Shown here one piece after another: positions 1 through 12,844 of a stretch of DNA of 64,000 nucleotides. The stretch covers positions 6,625,902 through 6,689,901 of the forward strand of contig MU053652.1 in assembly GCA_013239625.1 (NCBI GenBank). Reading direction: 5' to 3'. Position numbers and translations under genes: made by a program. Origin of the DNA: Lama guanicoe. Taxonomy: Eukaryota. The notes under the pieces were generated by a model. The model was not told the DNA's origin. It saw nothing but the letters and a program-made list of their open reading frames with translations, and made no database searches. The stretch's first letter is position 1; every line of letters starts with the position of its first letter.

Positions 1-59
1 GTTTCTTAGCCTTTCAATCAAAAACATAGGGAGAATGTCCCTGTTCTAACTCTGAAGAG

Positions 60-335
60 AACTACGTGAGGAGGTGGTGCCTGGAAGTATGAATACCGAA
101 TCAGAAGGAGACCCAGACTAAAAATATTATAATAAGTAAATAAAAAACATTTCAAGAGGTAGTTAAGACAGATGGAAGAACTTGGGTCCTTAGTAAAATC
201 ACTGAGTCATCAAATCAACTAGCCATGGAATCATCCTGTCTATACTTCTAGCCATGAGAAAAAATAAACTACTTATTGATTTAACCATTTCTATTGGGTT
301 TTGTGTTAGTTGTAGCTGAAAGTACCCTAACTTAT
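60..335 (+). mobile_element. Old MaLR LTR 3' fragment (MLT1J/K-like)
   Basis: AATAAA followed by 'ttgggttttgtgttagttgtagctgaaagtaccctaac', resembling the 3' end of old MLT1 LTRs. Confidence 0.5.
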
Positions 336-414
336 TTAAGGACCTTAGAGATTAACTACCCCAGGCTACATAAGAAAGCTAAAAATACTAAATAACTTGT
401 TACAAACCACCCAG

Positions 415-550
415 GTCTTCTCCCACTTTCCCTCTCCTTCTCTCCACTCTCTACCTTCCCCTTTCTCCTCTCCTCTCCTCTTCTTTCCTTCCCCTTCTCT
501 GTCTCTGTCTCCATCTTCTCTGTCTCTGTCTTCCCCTCCCTTTCTCTCAT
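415..550. repeat. Polypyrimidine (CT-rich) low-complexity tract
   Basis: Almost pure C/T sequence with CTCTGT units. Confidence 0.9.
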
Positions 551-593
551 AGAACACCCTCTGCACACCATTTACCATGTGTGCGCCCACATA

Positions 594-596
<3 letters not shown>

Positions 597-632
<36 letters not shown>
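597..632. repeat. (CA)n microsatellite
   Basis: Direct observation. Confidence 0.97.
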
Positions 633-1635
633 GTTCAGCCTTCACCCTGACCAAACGACAACCAAAGTTGGGTACTACTGACTCAACTAAGTGGATAGTT
701 GGCTCAACATATTGACTGTCTAGCTCACCTTCCCATTAGATTTTCAAGGATTGTTTTTTTTCTTTTGAGTTTCAGACATTTTAGATAATGAGCCTGTACA
801 AAGTATTTGGAGTTTAATGCAAAGAAATTTATTCTGGATAAATTAACTTCAGGCAGGATTTAACACATGCAGTAAAATTGAATCTGTACATAAAATACAT
901 TGTGAAAAATGGGAGCCATGAATAGGTACTATTTTAATAGCTATTCATTTCTAATAAAAAAAGAACCCTATGGGCTTAATAAATACACAAAATATTATTG
1001 AATCATAAAGGGGCTAATTAGTTTTGTGAATTTAAAGTGCTGTGCTTGCACATGAAAACTAATTACTGATTATTTGCAGCTCTGAATTAAGTATTTTTTT
1101 CACATGCTATTCTGATATTTGTAAACCTAAATTTACCAGGAGTTGGAGGCATTTCCCTGGCATCCAGATTTCAAACATTCAGTCAGTAAATAATTTTACT
1201 ATTTACCATATGTATTTCCCCCTCAAGTATAATCACCAACAAATATAATCTCAAATCTTTAAGAAACACCTTATGTTTATTCTTTGCCAGAATTACACAA
1301 CATAGAGTCTAATCTAACTTTGATATATGACACATTAGCTGTAGTGTTTTAATTAACACCAGCAGAATTCTGGCAATTGCATCTCAGAGCATTCAGCTAG
1401 CTGAGTTTTAACTCCACACATATGTCCCAATCAATTATAAACACAGCACAAATATTTGAATAAAAAAGAAATAAATCATTTACTTGTATATTATTTCTAA
1501 TGGAAATAGGGGGAAAAACGTATGAAATTAACCAAATAAACACGACTGAGTCACCAAAAAATAAAGCCACATAAAATACTATTTGTAAAAATGGGCATTT
1601 ATTTTATGCAATATGTATCAGTCTCAAAAAGCTAG

Positions 1636-2210
1636 CATTGCTGAAGGAGTCACAAAATGGCTTCCTTGATGCTAAGACAGTTTACAGAGTTCACTGTGAT
1701 CGATTCATTTGTTTTCTCAGAGTTCTTTCTGACTAACCTGTTTTCTCCCCTTGCTACTGCTATGGTTTAACTTGCTTGAATGATTATTTGCTTAGCAACC
1801 CCAACCCTATGATTTACGCCCTACCCTACATAACGTGTATCCAAAACCCAGAAGCTATTTTCCAGAAAGCCAGATCCTCCAAAAGCCCCAGTGACACCAG
1901 AGGGATCAGACCTCATAACGCCAAAGCCTCGGGCAATGACCTACTCAGTGGACCACCAGAAGTTCCCCTGACACAAGATAAACTCTTGTAAAAGACTCTA
2001 TACTTCATTATTACTGATACGCTCAGTCCCTTTGCCTATCTAATCACAAAGCCCCAACCCCTAGATGGATGCACAGCTCCAAGGCATTAGCCTGCTGTGA
2101 TTCCCCTTTGCCAGGCAAAGGAATAAAGCAGCTCTCTTCTTTGCTCCCAAAACTCGGCCTCCAAGTTTGAATTCATTTTTTGGGGTGCAGAGGCTGACTT
2201 TTCAGCAACA
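1636..2210 (+). mobile_element. ERV1-type solo LTR
   Basis: Ends 'cattgctgaa' ... 'ttcagcaaca' (imperfect inverted repeat); AATAAA at 2122-2127 followed by a U5-like segment; about 575 bp. Confidence 0.7.
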
Positions 2211-2280
2211 TTTCCCTGCCTGTAGCTTTATTCTCCCCGAGGAACTATCTGATGAAAGCACGTCCCATGACTTCAGTGTC

Positions 2281-2360
2281 TTGTTCTTTTGTTTGTTTGT
2301 TTTTTTGGTTTTGTTGTTTGTTTGTTTTATGGCCACTTGTAAAAAAAAAAGGGGGGGGGA
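2281..2360. repeat. (TTTG)n-like simple repeat followed by poly-A/poly-G
   Basis: Direct observation. Confidence 0.85.
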
Positions 2361-4724
2361 ACAAGAGTGAGTTGCACTGTTGATGTCTCATCCTTTCTCT
2401 AAACCTCCTTGGGGTCTCTCCAGATTAATAGTTGATACAGGGTTTGAGCAATTTTCACTTGAATAATATAATATTTCAGGTAAATGTGGAAAAGACAGGA
2501 AGAAAGAGGGAAGGAGGGAAGCAGAGAGAGAGGAATTCTCCGGCATTAATGTCGCTACCTTGGAATATAACTTCACCTTAAGCGAACATGTCAAAAAGGC
2601 AAATACGTCTATGGCCCTTTTATAATCTTCTTTTCCACCTTATGTGACAACCTGTCCTCCTTATGTACACCTTTGCTCTTAATTATGAAACACTATAATT
2701 TCTTATTTTCTCTGGATCTTTAATTTCATACCCAGAAAAAATATTTGATGATTCTACAATCATGTATTCATTCATTATATTCAAATATATGTAATTAATA
2801 AAGATTAACACATAGAAAGTATTATACAATTTCATGGGAAAGGAGCAGATTCTGAAATTTTAAGTAATGGTCACCTGAAGAAATGAGGATACTTCTATCA
2901 CAGTAGTTGGACAGATATGAGAGAGCATTCCCCTGGTTCTTGGTTTCAATCTTGTCTTCCTTTTCACTTCAACAGTATTCTTCACCCATCTTCACTTCTA
3001 CTTTTACACTTTACTCTGAATTTCAAGTATGCTTAGAGAATTTATTTTTAGAATTTGGTTTTTCTTTTTACTCAAAATAAGCCCTTGTTTTAAAATAGCG
3101 GACCTAGGTCATTCTGACAAATAGCATTCCAGAATATTCAGTTTTCTGAACACAACATTCTACACTTAGTAAGTGGTTCTGCAACTTCTACTTCTTTTAT
3201 TCTCACTCCTCATCCCTGTTTCAGTGTCCCACACAGATCTTTTCTATTTAAGACCTCAGCCATCTCTGTTCCAGGTTACCATCAGTTTATATTTTTAAAG
3301 TAGAAACATTCGTTTCAGCAGAGAGAGCATGTGGTCCTAGGTACCTTGCTATGCAGCTGAACAGTTTTGAGCAATAATGGCTGGCCATGCCTGCCCTGCT
3401 GGTTGGAACCCACAATGCCACAGTAGCATTGACAGAAGTGGTGTTGAAAGGAAAAATAACAGAAACCACGACAACCAAATATTCTAACACTTGAAAGGTG
3501 CCAACCTTTGTCATTCAGGGAATATGTTCTAATTCTGAAAGCTGCCTTGGTGACTCCAAATGACTACTGCACAAATATTCCATCCAACACGCACATGAAC
3601 ACACACACGTTAAAGATTTTTATACAATTAACAAATTAAAAAGTCCAAGCAACTGAGCAGAGATTGACCTCTGAAAAAAGTCTTGTAGATTACAATCAGT
3701 TCCGTTAAAATAACACTAAAAGTACCGAAAAGACTGTTATTGAGCTGTGAATGAAACCAAACATCTTGGAAAAAATAAAGGAAATTGTGTCTTTATTCAG
3801 TTTGTCCCTCCAGTGGAGCACAGCCTTCACTTTGAGATGCCATCTTAAAAAAACAGACATAGGCAAATTGAAGATTTTAGAGGACAGTGATAAACTGAAT
3901 AAAAAGCTATACAAAAAATGGAATGGAAAGCCTAATAATTAGTCAAGATAATCTTTAAGGTATTATAGCCTAATATTCCCCTTGATTTAAATAATAACCA
4001 CAATATATTAGAAAGACATAATTATGTGGGTTTCTCTTCCATATACATTCCCATTTTAGCAAAATCAGCATCAAACACTGACTGAACTTTTTAAAGTTTA
4101 TGATTGGAATTTCTCAATAAACTATAAAAATCAATTAAAAAACTTAACCACTCCATACACATTTTAAATTTTTTGCATCACTGAGAGTATGTCTCAGTGT
4201 TTACAATATGAAGAATGAAAAGAATAACATACTTATTAACATAGTTTCCAGTTGTAAAATATGTCAACCTCATCAATCCCTATGTTTAGTGAATCCTTGA
4301 TTTCTTGAAATAGGTCCCTCTTTCCTGATAGGAATAACTCTGCTTTTAAAATTAACATTTTGGCAGAAAATTCAGATATGTAGGGACAAATATTTTCCTC
4401 ACAGTGATCTTGTTATAATTAGTACTGAAAAAATGAATTAAAATGTTCTGTTAGCCTCCAAAACAAGCATTTCTAGAAACTAAGAAAAGTTTTGATACCT
4501 GGGAAAACTCGTAAGTGAAAAAATTGATCTATTTGACTATACCTAAATGAAACATCGCTGTAATACATAAGACAACAACCTTTAAGATGCAAACTACGAG
4601 AACCTATTTGCAAAAAAAAAATAGAATTATTTGTTTCTAGGATAAATGATGATGCTTATAAATCCATCAGAAAAATAATAAACAACCCAATGACTAGACA
4701 GTTCACAGAAGAAGAAATCTGAAT

Positions 4725-5632
4725 CCTCTGATGGAATTTTTTTAATGAACTTTTTTCCCCACCCATAGCTTTGGTCAAGGTTCCCAGGCAAAAGGTGCCA
4801 AGGTAACATTCTAAAGCAGGTTTTGACAACAGTGTAAAGGAAACTTGTATTTGTAACCTTTAGTCTATCACACACAACAAGGTCATAAAGACCTCGATGC
4901 TGAAAAAAGTGGGGGAGTGGAAATGAAGAGCACTGGCTTCCTGAAAGTGGTGCCATGGGGTTCAAGTCTACAGAGCACGTTCTTAGCTGAGGAGCACCAC
5001 GGCCAGCTGGTATCAGACCTGTGCCTCAGAAAGTACAAGACCATGGCTGCTCGCTGCTCTGACAGCAGCTGCAGAAAAGGGAACTGCTTCTGAGAAAGCC
5101 TGAACTTACAAATTTTGCCTGAGTGAAAACATGAGTATGAGAGGTTGGAACCAAGATGGCATTGAGAGGGGCATTAAACCCCAACAAAGAGACTGTGCTA
5201 AATGCGTCAGCCCATTCGAAAGCTGAGAGTCAAGTCATAAGCTGCTAAGCAGAGGACACATAATCAGTTATAGCTAAAGATGAGATGTCCTCAGCGGCAG
5301 CAACAGATCTTTCAGGAAACCAGAAGGCACCTCGTGAGAGAGTCAGCTGTAAACACCAACCAAGTCCATGAAGTTTCATTCAAATAAATCATCCCTGTTT
5401 CTTATTTTCCTCCCTCTTCTATGAAGCCTAACTACTGATGTGAAAGGGTTTTGAAACTAGAAGAGATGAAGATACATTATATGACCTAAAAGATTCTGAG
5501 ACGCCCTAGATTTTCATCTAGGAATTGGGAAAAGGAACCAACACTTGGGTGTTTTATGGGTATTTGAGAGGAAAGGACAAAATTGCTTTACCAGTGCATC
5601 ATACTGGATTCCAATTTTTCATAAGTATCACA
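4725..5632 (+). mobile_element. Ancient LTR-like element, possibly Gypsy-derived (LTR85/MamGyp-like)
   Basis: 'cccatagctttggtcaaggttcccaggcaaaagg' resembles recalled ancient mammalian Gypsy LTR consensus; ends '...agtatcaca'. Confidence 0.3.
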
Positions 5633-5639
5633 AACATAT

Positions 5640-6250
5640 GAAATAAATATTGACTTTACTAGTAATCAAAGATACACATATTAAACTAAAAATAAAATGT
5701 CATTTCCCAAATACCAAATTTGAAGAAAAACTACAGTCTTACAATATCAAGTGTTGACAAGAGCTTGGAGAAATAAGAACTTTCATACACTACAGCTGGT
5801 AGTGTAGGTTGCTATAGCAACTGTATATGAGCAGATAGTAAACTTCATATCCATACCCAAATAACAGACTAAGGAATGTTTCAATATATATACATGCTGG
5901 AAGATCTTCTACACGGGAAAAAGGAGACACTTTATAAAAATTCTTATCATAGTCCTAAGAACAAACAAAATGCCAGTCTAATGGAATGGTAAATTATGAA
6001 AAAGAGGATGAGAAACTGTATCATGGTTAAAAGTAACGTATTAGATACATGCACATCTATTTAAACAGAATATAGAAATACAATGTTTGTTAAAACATTT
6101 GCCAAGACATATGAAGTACTGAACTAATTATAAAATTTTAAAACAGAAATAATATTTATTATGCTCATTAATACATATATGTGAATACAGGTAAAAGTAT
6201 AAACATAATGGATAAAATATAAAATAAACTTACCATAGTGTCTCTTGTGC
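5640..6250 (+). mobile_element. Old L1 (L1ME-like) ORF2 end/3' fragment
   Basis: 'caatatcaagtgttgacaagagcttggagaaataagaactttcatacact...gctggtagtgta' matches the L1 ORF2 3' pattern. Confidence 0.7.
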
Positions 6251-8413
6251 TGATCAGAAGTGTTTTTGACTCTGATTTATTTTGTCTGACTAGATTAGGA
6301 GTAAATTTAAAATTATTTTTTTAAGTCTAAAACCCCAAATGTTTATTCACTTATCAATCATATCCACTATCATATTTTTACCATTGTATCACAATAGAGA
6401 TGCAATAAATTATTCAGCTACTAGGATTTTGTATTTTTAGAACAATAAATACCTGCCTCTTTAAGCAATAAATAAAATAATAATAGTTTTAAAATTCATT
6501 TTATTTTATTTTTTTATTTTTAGTGAAGAGGTATAACCTTTATCATGTCAATGTACACACTACACAGTGTATTTTAAGATATGATGTGTGTGTGTTTTTA
6601 CAGGTGTATACTGGAAGTACGTACTTCATACTTCAACTTTTTTGGCGCTGTTGTCCATCTTGTATTAATTCTATTAACTAGTATTACAGATGGAAAATAA
6701 ATAAATACTATAAAACTATCCTTTGTATTTTTTGTTTAGGACTACAAAGTTTTCCTTCTTTTTCAGTCAAGTAATCAAAATTTATCTTTTATTCTTAATA
6801 TTAAAATGAATGTTCCCAATTTACTGTTGTTTCAGATAGTTTACGCAGAGACAACAGTTTCTTATTCTAATTCCACTGGTATAGAAAATGGATACAGAGT
6901 CATTCAGAGCCAGAGAAAGTGTCCAGTTAGCCCAAAGAGAAATCATCAGTAGTGCATTGATTAAATGGATTTCAGTGCTCACTTTGCTATTCATTCAATG
7001 TAGGAAGAGTAAGTGACTAATAGAATGTGTTTTTTTCCCCTGTATCTCTTTATTGCCTTACAAAATTATTTGTGAGCTGCAAGTAAAATAACACAGGAAA
7101 CAAAATCTAAGTCATTAAATTAAAATGTATCATAAATAAACTCCATTTCTCTCCTCTTTGATTTCTGGTTAACTTCTTTTCAGTATAAGGCACCTGGCCC
7201 AACCTCACTTATTTCAAAGTATCCCAAATTACCACCACTATCATTATAATCTTTTGTACTTGCTATATAATTATGACCTCCATGGTCAAATACCAGGTTA
7301 GCACTTAGATTTCAGACTGTAAGCATAAATTAATTCTACAGTTGATTGTACAATCAATTAGCAAATATATAGTTAGAATGTGCTTGACAGAACCACCCTT
7401 ATTCATAGCTGGACTACATGAATATTTCAGCTTGTCTCCCAAGCAAAATTATTACCAGATTTGCTGGTAACTAAAATTTAGCTATACAAGACGTCAACCA
7501 TGGTTGACTCCTCCTCAGTATAACTTTGCAGGTTCCTCAGTTTATTTTAATAAAGATGTGCAGAGAACCAACTACATAAGAAACAGTCAATTTCATGATA
7601 CATTTCAGTCAGAGTAGATGTAATATGAAACACCAAATTCAGCTTAAAGAAGTAATCATTTATACAGCATTAAGCTAAGCAAAGCCACTCTGTATATGGG
7701 AACATATCTCCCTATCAAATTCTAGTTTATCGTTTTTTCAATTACATCCTGTTATAAGCAATAGAATTCTTTATAATGAGAGGGTAAAAAGGAATATTTT
7801 GCTGTTTCTTTCTTTTTTTTTTTCTGTATCATCTGTTGCTCTTTTATTCTGGTAGCCAACTTGGTATTCATGCATTAATTTTGAACATTCGCAGATGTAT
7901 TTAAGCATTCTCCAATTTTTGACACCAGTGATACTGTTCACATTCAAAGGTATTCCTCCCAACGTTCAGCATGCATGCATCATGCAGAAGTCAAATAACA
8001 AAATTATACAAATGCAATTTTGTAGAGACAAATAGAATTGTCCACTGAATTACCACAGAAACTCTCTGTTTCCCCTGCAATGAACAAGTCAGAATCAAAA
8101 ATTTCTCACCACAGTTGGAAGGGCTGCTTTGACCTTAACTTTCTAGGGTTACCCGTATAGTTGTAGCTAACATTCCAAGAATCGGAATGCAACTCTACTA
8201 AGCAACATTACTACTCAGACTTCCCCTCCTCTTTGCAAGACCACTTTCATGGAAAACCCACATATACAAAGAAGAGAGTGAGATCCCTCTCCTGCTTCCC
8301 TAACCACGACATCTCAGCTACAGTCTGCGCCAAGTAGCACACATTTCTGTAAAATGCTTAAAGAATCAGTGACCACAAGCTTCCTGCAGCTGCAGAACTT
8401 CTCCTCGATAGTT

Positions 8414-8448
8414 CTAGCCTGTGCTCTCTAACTCTTGCATGTCGTTTC
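8414..8448 (-). other. Candidate terminal exon start (unidentified transcript)
   Basis: Minus strand reads 'ttgatttag|gaaacgacatgcaagagttagagagcacaggctag'; retained CpGs; weak pyrimidine tract. Confidence 0.2.
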
Positions 8449-8834
8449 CTAAATCAATTATAATTTTTAAAGAATCCCCAAATCATGTTCTGCCATTAGT
8501 TTGTCATCCTGTGAAGCAAACTGAGTAAAAGTAAATCTTCCCAGTTTTAACTTCCTAAACATAGCTATACCCCCAAAGTGGCCAGTAAAATCATTCTAAG
8601 GCAAAAGGACTACTGAAATGTTTCATAGGAAATACAAGAAAAACTTGAAGCTAAACCTGCAAGTAGATACAGAAGACAAAGGTAAAATGTATGAAAGTCA
8701 GACCAGGTTTTAAATTCCCAGAGGAACTCTTCTCATTTTATTGTGCTGTACTCAGCCTCGTATTTACATTTGCTCTTACCAATAATATTTAGAACCTCCC
8801 TTTTTAATCCTCCCCCAAAGGGATGTGCACAGAT

Positions 8835-9030
8835 TTTGGAATCTGAAAAACTCAGATTTATACCCGAGCTCTGTCACTTGGTAATACTTTGACCTTTAAA
8901 AATCACTTCAGGTTTCTGAGTCATTAAATACTCATCCTCACAATAAGGATGATTAGGACAACCTTACAAGGCTATAAGCTATTTTAAGGGTTAAATTAGA
9001 TAGTATATGTGGTATTTCTGTACACAGCTA
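8835..9030 (+). mobile_element. MIR SINE
   Basis: 'gctctgtcacttggtaatactttgacctt...ctcatcctcacaataaggatgatt...ggttaaattagatagtatatgt' MIR core pattern. Confidence 0.75.
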
Positions 9031-9223
9031 CTTCGTAAGGACTGGAATATTTCTTATGCACGTTGGAATTAATTAGTGCTAGTTAAACTTTTTGCCGTTC
9101 CATCTCCTATAGTATCTAAAAGTTTGCAATCAAATAGGATTCCTGTGCCTCATTTCTTTTTTCTATACCCATGTGATTTACCATCTCTGCCAAGGGCACT
9201 TTGTGACAATCTGAATTACTGAC

Positions 9224-9291
9224 CACACAGAAAAAGACCGCATAGTACTTCGGGCCAAATTCTGCCATCTGATATGTACTGAAGCTTAGCT
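9224..9291 (-). other. Candidate 68-nt internal exon (unidentified transcript)
   Basis: Minus strand: acceptor 'cttattctgcttttcag|AG', donor 'GTG|gtcagt' (alternative donor 'ATG|gtaaat' at 9182); two open frames; CpGs retained in unique sequence. Confidence 0.3.
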
Positions 9292-9954
9292 CTGAAAAGC
9301 AGAATAAGTTAAACTTTCCATGAACCGACAGCAGCATTTGTACATGATTTATGATCTGCCAATATCCTATCATCCATAACAGTGTTTCTTTACAATTATA
9401 TATCCTAGCAATTTCTGACAGTAGTTATCAGATGGGAACTTTCTCTTAGATTTTCTTCATAAGCCTATTAAATGACTCTCTATATGTACAGTTAAAGAGT
9501 GGAGTGACTGAAATAATAATTTTTTTAAATCTTGCATACTTGATTTTGACACTTTTTTTATTTATAGCCAAATATATACCTTAATTTATCAACCCTCATT
9601 ACCTTCTTTATCTGAAATAATAAATCATTTATCTCAGTTTCTAACTACAATCATTTAATTCCAGCTTTCTCACTCAGCTTCTCCCCATAAATGGGTTGTT
9701 TGGTCTCACAAAACACCTCCATGTTTTCTCTCCTGGTAGAGTCTCTTTTCTTCTTTGGCCTATATTCCATGATCCATCATTCTTTAGTCCATAACTTGGT
9801 AAAAATCTGAGCCTTGGCTGAATTCTACAGTCACCTTTCATCAAGTTTCCATTTAAGCAGATCAAAGATACTCTACAACCTGGCAGCCAACCTCTTTGGG
9901 CCTCAGTGGTACCTGTGAGGGCCCACTGGCATTTCACTCTCCGATTCCCTTAAA

Positions 9955-10655
9955 AATTATTTTAAATTAATATTATGGAGAATTCCAAACATACCCAAAG
10001 TAAACCAAATACCATAATAAACTCCAATATACCTACCATCTTCCCTTAACAAACTTTAACCATTTACCATTTATTTCATTTAAACTCTGCACACTCCATA
10101 GTTACTCAATTTTTATTTCAAGTGAAATGTTCATATATTGGAAGGCACACACCTTAACAGCTCAAATTTGATAAACGGATAATCATGTAATCACACTCTT
10201 ATCAAGTTACAGAACATTTCTTCCACAGCAAAGTTTTCTCATGTCCTTTTCTCACTCAGTTCCCTCCACATAGAGGTAACTAGTGTTCTGATTTTTTTTT
10301 CCCATCGTAGACTAGTTTTATATAGATTAGATCAGCTTCATTAGTTTTCTAATGAAAGACTAGCTTCTTTCAATCAGCATCATGTCTGTGAGATTCATCC
10401 TTGTTGCATGTGTATTTATTCCTTTTTTATTACAGGTTTATTCATTTAATAAATAATACTGCACAGTTTGTTTAGCCATTCCTCTGCTGATGACATATGA
10501 GTTGTTTCCAATTTGCAGCCATTATGAATAAAGCTGCTAAGTGAACATTCTTGTACATTCTTGTACATTCGGTGGACATCTGCACTCTCATTTCTGGAGT
10601 GAACATGTACAAGTGAAAAGGCTCTGTCAAAGAGTAGGCATATGCTTAATTGGCT
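9955..10655 (-). mobile_element. L1M 3' fragments (antisense)
   Basis: 'catgtctgtgagattcatcc...gttgtttccaatttgcagccattatgaataaagctgct...gaacattcttgtaca' typical antisense L1 3' region. Confidence 0.85.
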
Positions 10656-11816
10656 CTCAACTCTGAGTATATGTAAAGACACAAGTGATTCTACTATCGA
10701 TAGAGCATTGAGAGTCAGTGGCAATAGAAACACACAAAATATCTCCACAGGCTATTCCTAATCAAACACTTGAAGGACCACGTATGTAATATTTTAGGTT
10801 ATTTTTGCCAAACTAATGGGTATGATGAGGTTGACTGGTTGCTCCTAATGTCTCTAGACAAAGTGGGAAGCAAAAGGGATGAGCTCAGAAATTCAAATTC
10901 CCAGCAAAAGCACTGCATAAATGACCTGAGAGCCTCTACAGCTGCCTGAAAAGAGACCCTGATCTCCAGTAGCTGCAGAACCAAAGTGGCTGAAATCCAA
11001 ACTCAGACTCTCATCCTGCAAGCGACTGAACTGCAAAACAAACTGACTTTCCTGCCTCACCGGCTGTTTATTGTTAAAGTGAGGATACCTCCAGCTGAAG
11101 TGATCTCTAGGCAACTTCTGAGAAGACTAACCATGAATTGCCTGGGGAAACTGTAATGGCCTTCCCTGAGGCAGCTGTCTTGCAAGACAATGCAGATTCT
11201 CCTCAGGACACACCACTATCAATCCTCTTTGTTCCTAGACCTATAACTAAATTCAAGTCCCAGTAGTGCTCTAAAGATCAGGTATCTCACACTCCAAAAG
11301 AACTACTTGAGTTTTCTAATTAGGAAGAAATCTGGGGAATATGTGTGGGAGTAGGCATTAAGGATGTGAGATAATGACGGAAGGAACATAAAGTTGGATA
11401 AGACCAAATTTTTTGACATGGGACCACGAAGCAGGAATTCTGCATTTAAAGGTTCCATAAGACAGAGCTTTCATAACGAGTATGAGAAATAAATTTGTGA
11501 AGGTAGACACAGCATCCCTGAAGAACTCTGAGATCACTCTTCTATGCAGACTAAACTTACAGTGGGGACTGAGGAAACTGAATGGTAAACCTGAATCCGG
11601 TGAAAGTAACTGGATCCCACGGTGGCAGAAGCCAAGTGACAGCAGACAACTGCCAAAGGCAAGATGAGTATGGCTGCTGTAATGGACGGCAGAGCCAAAG
11701 CAGTGCTCAGAACAGCCTAACACAAACAAAAGATGGAGCTGGCTAGTTATTAAAGTGTCCCTAGAAGTGAAACAGATAAGAGGCTTACTAAATTCTTCCT
11801 TGATCTATGGCAGTAG

Positions 11817-12150
11817 TGTCGATCTGAAACAAAGAGACTGCCAGATACTCCTCCAGCAAAGAGTTTATGCAGGATCAGATGACAATCGCAATTAAGGGTC
11901 TGTAACCACAGCAAGTCAAGTGCAAGTCCCACACACTAAGGCAAGGAGAATGCTTTTAAGAGGAGAAAAGTTGGGAAGGCTATAGCAAACATAAAGTCCT
12001 TGGCTTGTCATTGGCTGAGTCCCTTGCCAGGAAAGAAGAGGAGTCTTTCTTCTTCCTGCTGGGCTCTGTGATTGTCACAGAGCATAAGAGGTCCCCCTTT
12101 CGGTCTCCCAATTCTACTTAACTGAGGTTTCTGTTTATGAATTTTTTACA
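11817..12150 (-). mobile_element. ERV1-type solo LTR nested inside the ERVL gag region
   Basis: TG...CA bounded 334-bp block interrupting ERVL sequence, flanked by gtag/atag (imperfect 4-bp TSD). Confidence 0.8.
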
Positions 12151-12384
12151 ATAGAAAAGTTCTAGGTCAAGTGAATAAAAGTCTAACCTGAATCATAAAA
12201 ACTGAGAGTCACAGCGCCTCAATCAATTCCCAGACCTGACCAGATTATAAACCCAGAAGCCCTTGTATGAAAGGGAGGCCAGATCTCCTCGAGGAAGGAC
12301 CCTGGTACACTGCCAGTAATTTATGCTGTTGATCTTTCTCCTTTCCTTCCCGGAAGTAACCTATAGCCTTTTACCAGGGTAACT

Positions 12385-12600
12385 GTGCACGAGGGAAAAG
12401 GAAATAATCAGACATTTGGGGGACTGCTGGACACTCGTTCTCAACTGACACTAATACCAGGGGATCTAAAAAGCCACTGGGATATACTGATCAGAGCAGC
12501 GGCTTATGTTGGTCAGGTAATCAGTGGAGTTTTAGCTCAGCAGGTCCATCTCACCTGGGGTCCAGCTTCCCTGAATCTATCCTGTGGTTATTTCCCCTAG
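12385..12600 (+). pseudogene. ERVL aspartic protease relic
   Basis: GLLDTRSQLTLIPG (catalytic DTG motif altered to DTR). Confidence 0.85.
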
Positions 12601-12844
12601 CTCCCAAATGTGTAATTGGAATAAACATACTCAGCAGCTAAGAGAATCCCCACATTGGTTTCCTGACCTGAGAGTGAGGGCTGCTCTGATAGAAAGGTAA
12701 AGTGGAAGCCACTGAAATTGCCTTTACCTAGGAAAATAGTGAATCAAAGCAATACTGCATTCCTAGAGGGACTACAGAAAACAGTGCCACCATCAAGGAG
12801 TTGAAAGAGGCAAGAATGGTGACTCCCACCACATCTCCATTCAG

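Noticed and set aside
356..626. Minus-strand ORFs of 71 and 86 aa
   Set aside because: They are translations of the CT-rich tract and the (CA)n microsatellite
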